A program made the position numbers and the translations under genes. Positions 19,880 to 28,216 of a DNA stretch of 32,000 nucleotides are shown here, piece after piece. The DNA is taken from positions 1,732,046 through 1,764,045 of the forward strand of contig NZ_CP008796.1 of assembly GCF_000734015.1 (NCBI RefSeq). The letters are read 5' to 3'. Source of the stretch: Thermodesulfobacterium commune DSM 2178. Its GTDB lineage: Bacteria; Desulfobacterota; Thermodesulfobacteria; Thermodesulfobacteriales; Thermodesulfobacteriaceae. The notes beneath the pieces were generated by a model that saw only the letters and a list, made by a program, of their open reading frames with translations, was not told where the DNA came from and made no database searches. How positions within the stretch are numbered: position 1 is the first letter of the stretch; each line of letters begins with the position of its first letter.

Positions 19880-20093
19880 CTATCCTTCCTCCGCTTTGGT
19901 CTTTTGTTTGGAATCTATTATAAACACCAAAAATTTTTCTGTAAAGATGAAATCGTAAAAGGGTTAACTTATTCAAAATATATTTTTTATTGACAAAATT
20001 TAATATATCAAGACAAATTTTATTTATTTTTTAAATATAAATTTTTATTACTTATTGCAAATAAAACGTATATTTTATATTGAAAAAATCTAT

Positions 20094-20122
20094 TTGACTT
20101 AGTATTGAAATTGTAATAAAAA
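20094..20122 (+). promoter_or_regulatory. Putative promoter of hdrA1 operon
   Basis: TTGACT at 20094-20099 followed by A/T-rich -10 candidates (TAATAA/TAAAAA, 20114-20122), inside a very AT-rich 284-bp intergenic region. The 12-mer TCTATTTGACTT (20089-20100) recurs upstream of hdrA2. Confidence 0.35.
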
Positions 20123-21525
20123 CTTAACTTAAAAATAATACTATTATCAAAAGGAGGGGTAAAATGCCTAAGGTAGGTGTATATGTATGTCATTGTGGAG
20201 AAAACATTAAGGGTGCGGTTAATATCCAGGAAGTAGTAGAGTTTGCTAAGACCTTACCTGATGTAGTGGTTGTGAGGGACTATCAGTTTATGTGTTCTGA
20301 CCCTGGGCAAGAGTTGATCAAGAATGATATTAAAGAAGGGCTGGTTGACAGGGTTGTGGTTGCTGCTTGTACTCCAAGGACTCATGAGGCTATCTTTAGG
20401 GTAGCTGTTGAGTCAACTGGTTTGAACAAATATTTTTGTGAGATGGCTAACATAAGAGACCAGGATAGCTGGGCTCATTGGCATGATAAAGAGGGGGCTA
20501 CCAAAAAGGCTAAAAGGCTTGTTGCCAGTGCGGTGGCTAAGGTAAGATTGGCAGAGCCTTTAGAAGATCGCTTTCAGGATGCAGAAAAGTCGGTTTTGGT
20601 GGTAGGAGGTGGGATCGCAGGTATCTTTGCTGCTTTAGACCTGGCAACGATAGGTTTAAAGGTTTATCTGGTAGAAAAACAGCCTTCTATCGGTGGGGTT
20701 ATGGCCAAGCTTGACAAGACCTTTCCTACGATGGACTGTTCAGCTTGTATCTTAACCCCAAAGATGGTTGAGGTTGCCCAGCATCCTAACATCGAACTTA
20801 TCACCTATGCCGAGGTAGAAGATGTTAAGGGTTATGTAGGAAACTTTGAGGTTACCATCAGGAAAAAAGCCAGATATGTAGACTGGGATAAGTGCACAGG
20901 TTGTGGTCACTGTATGAACATTTGTCCTTCCAAGGCTCCAAACGAGTTTAACCTTGGTTTGGATAAAAGACCAGCCATTTACATAGAGTTTCCACAGGCA
21001 GTGCCTAAGAAGGCGGTGATAGACGCAGACAACTGTTTGTATTTTAAGACTTTGAGAAAGACAGGTAAGACAGCCTGTCAGATCTGTCAGAAGGGTATAC
21101 CTAGCAAGAACATCGAGGGTTGTCCGGCGGGGGCGATCAACTATGAGGACAAGGATGAGTTTATCAAGGTAAAGGTAGGGGCTGTAATACTGGCTACAGG
21201 GTTTAAGGTTATGGACAAACATCATTTTAAGGAATACTCCCCTAATTGTCCTGATGTTCTTACTGCCCTTGAGTTTGAAAGACTTATTTCTGCTACAGGG
21301 CCTACGGAAGGGCAGCTTAAAAGACTTTCTGACGGGCAAAAGCCCAAAAAATTAGCCTTCATCTCTTGTGTAGGAAGCAGAGATGAAAGACATCACAGTT
21401 ATTGTTCAAAGGTTTGTTGTATGTATATGTTTAAGCATGCCAAGATTCTCAAAGAGAAGTATCCAGACATAGACCTATATCTTTTCTTCATAGACGTGAG
21501 GACTGCAGGAAAGGATTTCGAAGAG

Positions 21526-21533
21526 TTTTATGT
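21526..21533. repeat. Target-site duplication, left copy (TTTTATGT)
   Basis: An 8-bp direct repeat abuts both IS ends. A single copy is present at the equivalent site of hdrA2 (…GAATTTTATGTTTAC…). Confidence 0.85.
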
Positions 21534-22872
21534 GACACTTGTCAAGAGAATTGTGTCTCCTTATAAAATCTCTTTACAAACATTTGCCTCAATTCGTATA
21601 AAGCAGACTTAATTAAAGGAAGTGGTTTTTGCCATCTCGTTTTCTGAATCCGACTTACTGTTATGTATATCGCAACCTCTGCTGTCTTGATTGATTGAAA
21701 ATATCCCCCTGTATTTACCCTTATCAGCTCTATCCTGCTATTTATATTCTCAACCACATTCGTCGTGTATATATACCTCCTCACCCCCTCAGGATATTTC
21801 TTATAAACAAAATAATGCTCCTTCTTTTTCAAAAGTCCCTTTATATAAGCTGGATACTTCTTCTCATAACTCTTACATAATTCCTCAAATCTATTTAAGG
21901 CCCTCTCATACTCCTCTATCCTCTTTATAATGCTTAACTCCTCATAAAATTTTTTAGCATCCTGCTTAGACATGTTCCTGTTGATGTTCCTTTGCATGTG
22001 TACAAAACAAAGCTGATGATCTGTCTCAGGAAAGAGGGCTTTTATGGCTTGAGTAAGGCCAGGAAAATCATCACTCACTATTACCATAACCCTCTTAACT
22101 CCCCTCTTTATCAAATCATTAAGTATCTGGAGCCAGTCCTCCTTCGTCTCTGAACCAAAATAAATGTAATAAGAAAGTAAATTTTTTCTTCCCTCCATAT
22201 CTATCCCGATGATATTATAAATAACTGCTTTTCTGATTCTGTTGGCTTCGGTATCTTTTATCTGAGTATGATAAGCGTCTATAAACATAGCAAACAAATT
22301 TTCTGGCAATTCTTTGGTTTTTAATTCTTTGGCTTGGTTATACAATTCTTCTTTAATTTCTTCTATTTGTTCTGGGGAGTAGGGGAGTTTCATAGATTGC
22401 AAGAGGGCTTTGATTTTATTGGGGGAGTAGCTTTGGAGAACGAGGTTAAGGATAAAGTCCTGGAAGGATTCATCAGCTTTTTGCCATTCAGGAGGAAGAA
22501 TAGCAGGTCTGAATTCAGATTTTCTATCTCTTGGGACAGAGATACCAAGGTTACCTAAGAAACAGGCAAGTTGTCTTTCATAGTAACCATTAGCTTTATT
22601 ATCAATACTATCTCTAAGGAATATTTCTCTTTCTTTTTTCATGAGAGCGTTTAAGAGGAGTGCAGCAGCCATTTTGATACCCTCTTTTGATTCAATTTTT
22701 GAGATTTCACTTAAAACTTTTTCTAAATCTAAGTCTAAGTTTTCCATTTTACAGACCTCCTGGTTAGTTTAGTCTTTTAGGTTTTATGTTATCATTAATT
22801 TAAAAAATATTAAAAATTTTTATTATGCCTCTAAAATATTTTATTAAAAGACACAATTTATATTCTACTCCC
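21534..22872 (-). mobile_element. IS256-family insertion sequence (1,339 bp), intact
   Basis: Boundaries come from comparison with the uninterrupted paralog hdrA2 and from the flanking 8-bp direct repeat TTTTATGT. Imperfect terminal repeats share AATTGTGTCT...TAAAAT (compare the AATTGTGT core of IS256 ends). There is a single 401-aa transposase ORF. Confidence 0.9.
21542..22747 (-). CDS. IS256-family (Mutator-type, Transposase_mut) DDE transposase
   Basis: 401 aa. Candidate DDE residues in MFIDAYH, IVSDDFPGL and TTNVVENINSRIE; the family motif CFVHMQRN is present. Confidence 0.9.
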   Translation of the reverse strand: MENLDLDLEKVLSEISKIESKEGIKMAAALLLNALMKKEREIFLRDSIDNKANGYYERQLACFLGNLGISVPRDRKSEFRPAILPPEWQKADESFQDFILNLVLQSYSPNKIKALLQSMKLPYSPEQIEEIKEELYNQAKELKTKELPENLFAMFIDAYHTQIKDTEANRIRKAVIYNIIGIDMEGRKNLLSYYIYFGSETKEDWLQILNDLIKRGVKRVMVIVSDDFPGLTQAIKALFPETDHQLCFVHMQRNINRNMSKQDAKKFYEELSIIKRIEEYERALNRFEELCKSYEKKYPAYIKGLLKKKEHYFVYKKYPEGVRRYIYTTNVVENINSRIELIRVNTGGYFQSIKTAEVAIYITVSRIQKTRWQKPLPLIKSALYELRQMFVKRFYKETQFS

Positions 22873-22880
22873 TTTTATGT
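22873..22880. repeat. Target-site duplication, right copy (TTTTATGT)
   Basis: See the left copy. An 8-bp TSD is typical of IS256-family elements. Confidence 0.85.
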
Positions 22881-23541
22881 TTCTACCAAACAACTTGGAG
22901 CCAAGGTAATAAGGGGAGGAAGGGTTTCAGCGGTAGATGTAAAACCTGATGGTAAGTTAAGGGTCAGGGCATATGACAACGACCTTTGCAGTCCGGTAGA
23001 GGTGGATGTAGACATGGTGGTTTTGGCAACAGCAATTGAGCCAGGTCCAGACACAGAGAAACTTGGAAGGCTTTTTAGTGCAAGTTGTGGTAGGGAAGGA
23101 TTTATCAGAGAAGTTCACACCAAACTTTATCCAGTAGATACCGCTTCTAAAGGTGTTTTTGTCTGCGGTTGTGTACAGGGACCTAAGGACATTCCTGATT
23201 CTGTTTCTCAAGCTAAAGCAGCAGCTGCTTCAGCAGCCGCAACCGTTATCCCAGGGAAGATTAAGTTTGAGGCTATAGCTGCCGAGGTGATAAGGGATAA
23301 GTGTAGTAGTTGTGGGGTATGTGTACAGCTTTGTCCATATAACGCGATAGTGCTTGAGGAGTATAACGGGGTTTATAAGGCCAAGGTTGAGCCAGCCCTT
23401 TGTGCTGGATGTGGAACCTGTGCAGCAGCTTGTCCTTCTAAGGCTATCATCTTTCATGGATTCTCTACCGAACAAGTGCTTGCGCAAATAGAGGCCATAG
23501 TGGAAGACTATCCAAATCTATAAACCAAAGGGGGTAGGATA

Positions 23542-24084
23542 ATGGAGAAGGAAGTGAATGTTATAAAGTTAGACGAGGAGTTTATGAAGGAGTTTTGGGA
23601 AGAGCTTGAGGCGATGGGGATGCCTGTTAAGGAGTTGAGGGAGTGTATCCAGTGTGGTAGGTGTGCGGCAACTTGTCCGATGGCGTTAGCTGGGTTGGAG
23701 TATTTTATCAAGAGGATAGTGCATGCGAGCATGTTGGGGTTGAAGGAGATATTTTTGGATGATTCATCGGTGTGGGGGTGTCAGAGTTGTAACCGGTGTG
23801 TGGAGGTATGTCCGATGGACATTAAGCCATATGAGTTGATACAGGCGATAAGGAGGGTGTGTTTTAGGGAGTATGCGATGCCATCTAACACGATAGATGG
23901 TTTGAGGAACTATTATGAGAGGGGGCATGCGGTGATAGTTAAGGGATTTGAGGAGAGGAGGAAGAAGGTGGGGTTACCTGAGATGCCACCTACGGTGATA
24001 GGGAATGAGGAGATGAGGAAGAAGTTTCAGGAGGTAATGAAGCAGACAGCGTTAGCAGAGGTAGCACCGTTTCCACTTGACTAA
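23542..24084 (+). CDS. hdrC: Heterodisulfide reductase subunit C
   Basis: 180 aa with two 4Fe-4S ferredoxin motifs, CIQCGRCAATCP and CQSCNRCVEVCP. SD AAGGGGG upstream. Confidence 0.9.
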   Translation: MEKEVNVIKLDEEFMKEFWEELEAMGMPVKELRECIQCGRCAATCPMALAGLEYFIKRIVHASMLGLKEIFLDDSSVWGCQSCNRCVEVCPMDIKPYELIQAIRRVCFREYAMPSNTIDGLRNYYERGHAVIVKGFEERRKKVGLPEMPPTVIGNEEMRKKFQEVMKQTALAEVAPFPLD

Positions 24085-24102
24085 AGAAAAAGGAGGGAAG
24101 AG

Positions 24103-25005
24103 ATGAAGAGGGTAGGATTGTTTTTAGGATGTAACATACCGTTGAGGAGGCCGGATATAGAGTATTCGATGAGGTATTTGTTGAAGGAGTTGGGGGTGGA
24201 GGTAGTGGATTTAGAGGGAGCGACATGTTGTCCGGCGTTTGGGACGATGCCATCGGTGGATTTAGTGGGGTGGTGTGTGGGATCAGCGTGGAACATGGCG
24301 ATAGCAGAGGGTAAGGGATTAGAGGTGATGGTAACGGGGTGTGGTAGTTGTTATGGGAGTTTGAATGAGGCGAGATATCACATGGAGAAGCATCCTGAGA
24401 TAAAGGAGAAGGTTAACGAGATACTGGGAAGTGTGGGTATGAGGTATGAGGGGAAGGTGAAGGTGTACAACATATACAATTATATATATGATTTTATTGG
24501 GTTAGAGGAGTTGAGGAAGGCGGTGAAGTATCCGTTGAATGGGATGGTATGTGGGGTGCAGGTAGGGTGTCACAATTTATGGCCGAGCAAGGCGTATCCG
24601 GCGAATGATGAGAATACGTTTCAGCCGAGGAGGTTGAGGGAGATATGTGAGGCGTTAGGAGGGGTAGCGCCGTGGTATAGCATGATGACAGATTGTTGTG
24701 GTATGGGTGCGTTGGGTAGTTTAGCGAGGGACAAGTCTTGGAGTTTGTTTAAGAAGAAGGCGAGTAAGATGATAGAGGAGATAAATCCTGAGGTATTTGT
24801 GACGGGGTGTAGTAGTTGTTTGTTGAGGTTTGACAACGATCAGGCTCAGATGAAGAAGGAGGGGGTAATAGATTTTGAGGTACCGGCGGTGCATGTGGCG
24901 CAGTTGGTTGCGTTGGCGTTGGGGGCGGAGCCGGAGAAGGCGGTAGGTTTGGCAGAGGTGCCAGTAGACAAGGTGGTAGAAAAAATAAGAGCAGGAGGTA
25001 AGTGA
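24103..25005 (+). CDS. hdrB: Heterodisulfide reductase subunit B
   Basis: 300 aa with two CCG-type Cys-rich domains (GATCCPAFG; MTDCCGMGA plus GCGSCY/GCSSC). SD AGGAGGG upstream. Confidence 0.9.
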   Translation: MKRVGLFLGCNIPLRRPDIEYSMRYLLKELGVEVVDLEGATCCPAFGTMPSVDLVGWCVGSAWNMAIAEGKGLEVMVTGCGSCYGSLNEARYHMEKHPEIKEKVNEILGSVGMRYEGKVKVYNIYNYIYDFIGLEELRKAVKYPLNGMVCGVQVGCHNLWPSKAYPANDENTFQPRRLREICEALGGVAPWYSMMTDCCGMGALGSLARDKSWSLFKKKASKMIEEINPEVFVTGCSSCLLRFDNDQAQMKKEGVIDFEVPAVHVAQLVALALGAEPEKAVGLAEVPVDKVVEKIRAGGK

Positions 25006-25006
25006 T

Positions 25007-25417
25007 ATGAGTTGGGAGCCAAAGATAGTGGTTATAGCTTGTAACTGGTGTACCTATGCTGCGGCAGACCTGGCAGGTAGTTTAAGATATAGTTATCCAC
25101 CTACAGCATATATAGTAAGGGTTCCCTGTAGTGGTAGGGTAGAGCCTGAGTTTATAGTAGAGGCTTTAAAAACAGGAGCAGACGCTGTGTTAGTGGGTGG
25201 CTGACCTCCTGGGGACTGTCATTACCGGTCAGGTAATTACAAGGCATTGAGGCGTTTTAAGCTTTTGAAGAGGGTGTTAGAGGAGTTGGGAGTGGAAGGA
25301 GACAGGGTGAGGCTTGAGTGGATATCAGGTAGTGAGGGTAAGAAGTTTGCGGACATAATAACGGAGATGGATGCCAAGGTAAGGGAACTAGGACCAAATC
25401 CAATGAAGGGGGTATAG
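25007..25417 (+). CDS. mvhD: Hydrogenase delta subunit MvhD/VhuD-like, selenocysteine-containing (UGA at 25202-25204 read through)
   Basis: The ORF track stops at ...DAVLVGG. The same frame continues after TGA as PPGDCHYRSGNYKALRRFKLLKRVLEELGVEGDRVRLEWISGSEGKKF..., completing the MvhD pattern G-[C/U]-xxGDCHY, and ends at TAG 25415-25417, 3 nt before the mvhG ATG. A SECIS-like hairpin lies 12 nt after the UGA. Confidence 0.8.
25217..25241 (+). promoter_or_regulatory. SECIS-like stem-loop for mvhD UGA
   Basis: UGU-C-AUUACC [GGUCA] GGUAAU-U-ACA: 3 bp, a C/U mismatch, 6 bp, then a 5-nt loop containing GGU. It starts 12 nt 3' of the UGA, the position and loop type expected for a bacterial SECIS. 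Confidence 0.65.
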
Positions 25418-25420
25418 GAG

Positions 25421-26377
25421 ATGAGTAAGCCTAAGTTAGCATATTACCTGGCAGGAGGATGTGCAGGTTGTGATATAAGTTTGGTAGATTTAGCTGATTT
25501 TTTGGTGGATGTGGTTAGTGCGGTGGACATAGTGTTTTTTGCGCCTACACTTGTGGATGTGAAGTATAAGGATTTTGAGGCATTGCCAGATGGGTCGGTG
25601 GATGTGGGTTTGTTGACAGGTAACATAAGGAACAAGGAACATGAGCATATGGCGAAGGTGATGAGGGCGAAGTGTAAGGTGTTGATAGCGTATGGTATAT
25701 GTGCGAGTTTAGGTGGTATCAAGGGTTTGGTTAATTTGTATAGTAATCAGGAGTTGTTGGAGAAGGCGTATAGGGATACGTTTAGTACAGACAATCCTAC
25801 AGGGGAGTTACCGAGTCCCAAGTATGTGGTAGATGGGAAGTATGAGTTGGAGTTGCCGGAGTTGACGGAGGCCAGAACGTTGGATCAGGTGGTGGAGGTG
25901 GATTATTACATAGGAGGGTGTCCGCCGCATTATGAGCATGTGAAGGCGGCGTTGGTTGCGTTGTTAGAGGGTAAGTTACCGCCGAGGGGTAGTTGGATAA
26001 CGATGGGGCATGCGGTGTGTGAGGTATGTTCGAGGAACCCTGTGTTGAGGGGGGAGAAGAAGAAGCCTGTATTAGAGGTTAGGAGGGTGATAGAAGGGGG
26101 AGTAGAGGAGGAGGCATGTTTGCTTGAGGCGGGGTATTTGTGTTTAGGTCCTGTTACACAGGGAGACTGTGGAGCGAGTTGTTTGAAGGTGAACGTGCCG
26201 TGTAGGGGATGTGGAGGGCCGATACCAGGGGTAAGGGATTATGGTTTGAGGGCGATAAGTGCGATAGCGAGTGCATTGGAAAACGAGGAGTTGGTAGACA
26301 GGATAGAGGACCCTGTGAGGTTGTTTTACCGGTATAGTTTGCCAGGGTCTATGATAGGGAAGAGGCTTGGAAAGTAG
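25421..26377 (+). CDS. mvhG: F420-non-reducing [NiFe]-hydrogenase small subunit (MvhG-like)
   Basis: 318 aa. N-terminal GGCAGCDISLVD and distal Fe-S motifs (GGCPP, CEVC, CLGPVTQGDCGASC, CRGCGGP). Confidence 0.85.
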   Translation: MSKPKLAYYLAGGCAGCDISLVDLADFLVDVVSAVDIVFFAPTLVDVKYKDFEALPDGSVDVGLLTGNIRNKEHEHMAKVMRAKCKVLIAYGICASLGGIKGLVNLYSNQELLEKAYRDTFSTDNPTGELPSPKYVVDGKYELELPELTEARTLDQVVEVDYYIGGCPPHYEHVKAALVALLEGKLPPRGSWITMGHAVCEVCSRNPVLRGEKKKPVLEVRRVIEGGVEEEACLLEAGYLCLGPVTQGDCGASCLKVNVPCRGCGGPIPGVRDYGLRAISAIASALENEELVDRIEDPVRLFYRYSLPGSMIGKRLGK

Positions 26378-26412
26378 GTAAGAAGATAAAAAACAGAGAG
26401 GAGGGGAAGGGT

Positions 26413-27876
26413 ATGCAGAGGATAGAGATAAATCCCATGACAAGGCTTGAGGGTCATGGGAAGATAACGATATTTTTGGATGACAAGGGGAATGTGGACA
26501 ATGCCTTTTGGCAGGTAGTAGAGTTTATGGGATATGAGAAGTTTTTGATAGGTATGCCTATAGAGGAGGTACCAAGGACAGTAAGTACCGTCTGTGGGGT
26601 ATGTAGGGCTGTTCATTTTATGGCCTCGTTGAAGGCCGCAGATGAGGTATATGGGGTAAAGCCTACGGAGACGGCGAGGAAGTTGAGGGAGTTGTTTTAT
26701 TATGCGCATTATGTAGAGGACCACATGGAGATCATATATGCGTTGGGGTTGCCTGATTTTGTTTGTGGGCCTACGGCATCTCCAGCAGAGAGGAACTTGG
26801 TTGGGTTGATTATGAAGGTGGGAGTTGATGTAGGAAGAGATGTTTTGAAGAAGAGATTTGCTGCTGTTAGGATCTTTGAGATCCTTGGAGGAAGGCCAAG
26901 CCATCCAGTGGCAGCGATACCCGGGGGATGGAGCAAGAGGCTGAAGGAGGAGGAAAGGCAGGAGATACTGAGGTATGCGGATGAGTGTGTGGAGTTAGGG
27001 AAGTTTACGCTTAAGGCGTTTAAGGATTTGGTGTTAAGTAATCCTCAGTATGTGGAGTTGATAAAGGGGGACATTTACAAGGTGGTGACGAATTATTTGG
27101 GAACGGTGGATGAGGCTGGGAAGGTAACCTATTATGATGGTACACAGGTGTTTGTGGACACGAAGGGTAATGAGATAGGTAGGTTTAGTGGTAAGGAGTA
27201 TTTGGAGTGGATAGCAGAGAGGACGTTGCCGTGGAGTTATCAGAAGGCACCGTACATTAAGAAGTTAGGTTGGAAGGGGATAGTGGATGGAGAGGGAACG
27301 AGTTTATACAGTGTGGGGCCGCTAGCGAGGTTTAACGTGGGGAATGGATTTGACACACCTGGTGCGCAGGAGGCGTATGAGGAGATGGTAGAGTTTTTTG
27401 GAGGGAAGCCTGTGCATAACATACTGGGTTATCACTGGGCGAGGGCGATAGAGTTGTTACATTGTGCGGAGAAGGTGAAGGAGCTTGCGTCAGACGAGAG
27501 TATCACAGCTCCTGACGTGAGGCAGGAGTTAGGTGAGGCATTAGGAGAGGGAGTAGGGATTGTTGAGGCAGCGAGGGGAACGCTTATTCATCATTACAAG
27601 ACAGACAGTAAGGGTATAGTAACTGACGCAAACATCATAGTTGCAACCACCCACAACAAAGGGTCTATAAACATAGCGATCAAGAGGGCGGCAGAGAATT
27701 TTATCAAGGAAGGAAAGGTAGATGAGGGAATTTTAAACTTGGTAGAGATGGCTTACAGGCCCTATGACCTTTGTCTTGCCTGTTCTACCCACACCTTACC
27801 TGGGAAGTTGCCTGTGCAGATAGACATCTACACCAAGGACGGAGAGCTGGTAAAAAGTTTGAGAAACTTTAAATAA
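26413..27876 (+). CDS. mvhA: F420-non-reducing [NiFe]-hydrogenase large subunit (MvhA-like)
   Basis: 487 aa. N-terminal RLEGHG and Ni-binding CGVCRAVH; C-terminal Ni-binding DLCLACSTH (both Cys, not Sec). Confidence 0.9.
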   Translation: MQRIEINPMTRLEGHGKITIFLDDKGNVDNAFWQVVEFMGYEKFLIGMPIEEVPRTVSTVCGVCRAVHFMASLKAADEVYGVKPTETARKLRELFYYAHYVEDHMEIIYALGLPDFVCGPTASPAERNLVGLIMKVGVDVGRDVLKKRFAAVRIFEILGGRPSHPVAAIPGGWSKRLKEEERQEILRYADECVELGKFTLKAFKDLVLSNPQYVELIKGDIYKVVTNYLGTVDEAGKVTYYDGTQVFVDTKGNEIGRFSGKEYLEWIAERTLPWSYQKAPYIKKLGWKGIVDGEGTSLYSVGPLARFNVGNGFDTPGAQEAYEEMVEFFGGKPVHNILGYHWARAIELLHCAEKVKELASDESITAPDVRQELGEALGEGVGIVEAARGTLIHHYKTDSKGIVTDANIIVATTHNKGSINIAIKRAAENFIKEGKVDEGILNLVEMAYRPYDLCLACSTHTLPGKLPVQIDIYTKDGELVKSLRNFK

Positions 27877-27900
27877 AATTCAAATTTTCTGATCTCAATT

Positions 27901-27931
27901 AAGTAGGGGGATCTCCCCCTACTTTCTTTTA
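27901..27931 (+). terminator. Rho-independent terminator after mvhA
   Basis: An 11-nt arm AAGTAGGGGGA (27901-27911) pairs perfectly with TCCCCCTACTT (27914-27924), followed by TCTTTT. It lies 25 nt after the mvhA stop. Confidence 0.75.
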
Positions 27932-28142
27932 ATCTATTGCTTTTAAAATCTTAAATTAAAACTGACAGGTTTTCAAATACACCTGTTCAAAAAGTGTCAT
28001 TTAGGATAGCTCTTCATGTGTAAACTGTGTTTTGTATAAATATAAAAAGTAAAAATTTTAAAAAACAAATAAAAATGTTTAAATTTTTTAGAAAAGTTAA
28101 ATAAAAAAAGGAAAAAATAAGAAAAAAAGCTTTTAAGTCTAT

Positions 28143-28171
28143 TTGACTTTGATTATTAGTATTTTATAAAT
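28143..28171 (+). promoter_or_regulatory. Putative promoter of hdrA2
   Basis: TTGACT (28143-28148), a 16-nt spacer, then TATAAA (28165-28170). It is embedded in TCTATTTGACTT (28138-28149), identical to the motif upstream of hdrA1. A long A-rich tract lies upstream. Confidence 0.4.
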
Positions 28172-28216
28172 AAATAATGAAGGGACTAATAGAATATCAA
28201 AATAAGGGGGTTAGAC

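Larger units (their letters stand above)
20164..23523 (+). pseudogene. hdrA: Heterodisulfide reductase subunit A, Cys-type copy (hdrA1), interrupted by an IS element
   Basis: The 5' part 20164..21533 (MPKVGVYVCHCGENIKG..., FAD motif VVGGGIAGI, DCSAC, ferredoxin-type CTGCGHCMNICP) and the 3' part 22881..23523 (ending after two more 4Fe-4S motifs) rejoin in frame (670 aa) once the IS and one TTTTATGT copy are removed. The apparent ORF tails, TLVKRIVSPYKISLQ... at 21534-21612 and MPLKYFIKRHNLYSTP at 22825-22872, are IS-encoded. Confidence 0.9.
23522..25009. repeat. Inverted repeat arm 1 (1,488 bp: hdrC-hdrB and the first 3 nt of mvhD)
   Basis: Both ends were checked base by base against arm 2. 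The sense and antisense ORF translations across the arm are identical in the two copies. Confidence 0.85.

Noticed and set aside
20752-21339. 195-aa minus-strand ORF inside hdrA1, with the analogous 210-aa ORF 31283..31915 and 28709..29041 opposite hdrA2
   Set aside because: They are antisense to well-supported hdrA coding sequence, with no motifs. The same compositional artefact explains them.
21534-21612. C-terminal tail TLVKRIVSPYKISLQTFASIRIKQT of track ORF 20164..21612 as native HdrA sequence
   Set aside because: It is encoded by the IS terminus. The paralog hdrA2 continues YTKKLGAKV... at this point.
22825-22880. ATG 22825 as the authentic start of a 232-aa gene (22825..23523)
   Set aside because: The first 16 codons lie inside the IS end (up to 22872). 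The ORF is the 3' remnant of hdrA1.
25007-25204. Track ORF of 65 aa taken as a complete small gene, with 25205-25420 as an intergenic gap
   Set aside because: The frame stays open after the TGA and encodes the rest of an MvhD-like protein up to 3 nt before mvhG. A SECIS-like hairpin follows the TGA, so Sec read-through is the better model.
23508-27422. Long antisense ORFs opposite hdrC, hdrB, mvhG and mvhA (e.g. 26326..26904 at 192 aa, 26144..26443, 23990..24253, 24621..24836) and their mirror copies at 29232..30560
   Set aside because: Their products are low-complexity Pro/Ser/Thr/Leu-rich. They arise because the C-poor sense strand makes stop codons rare on the antisense strand. The sense ORFs carry clear family motifs.
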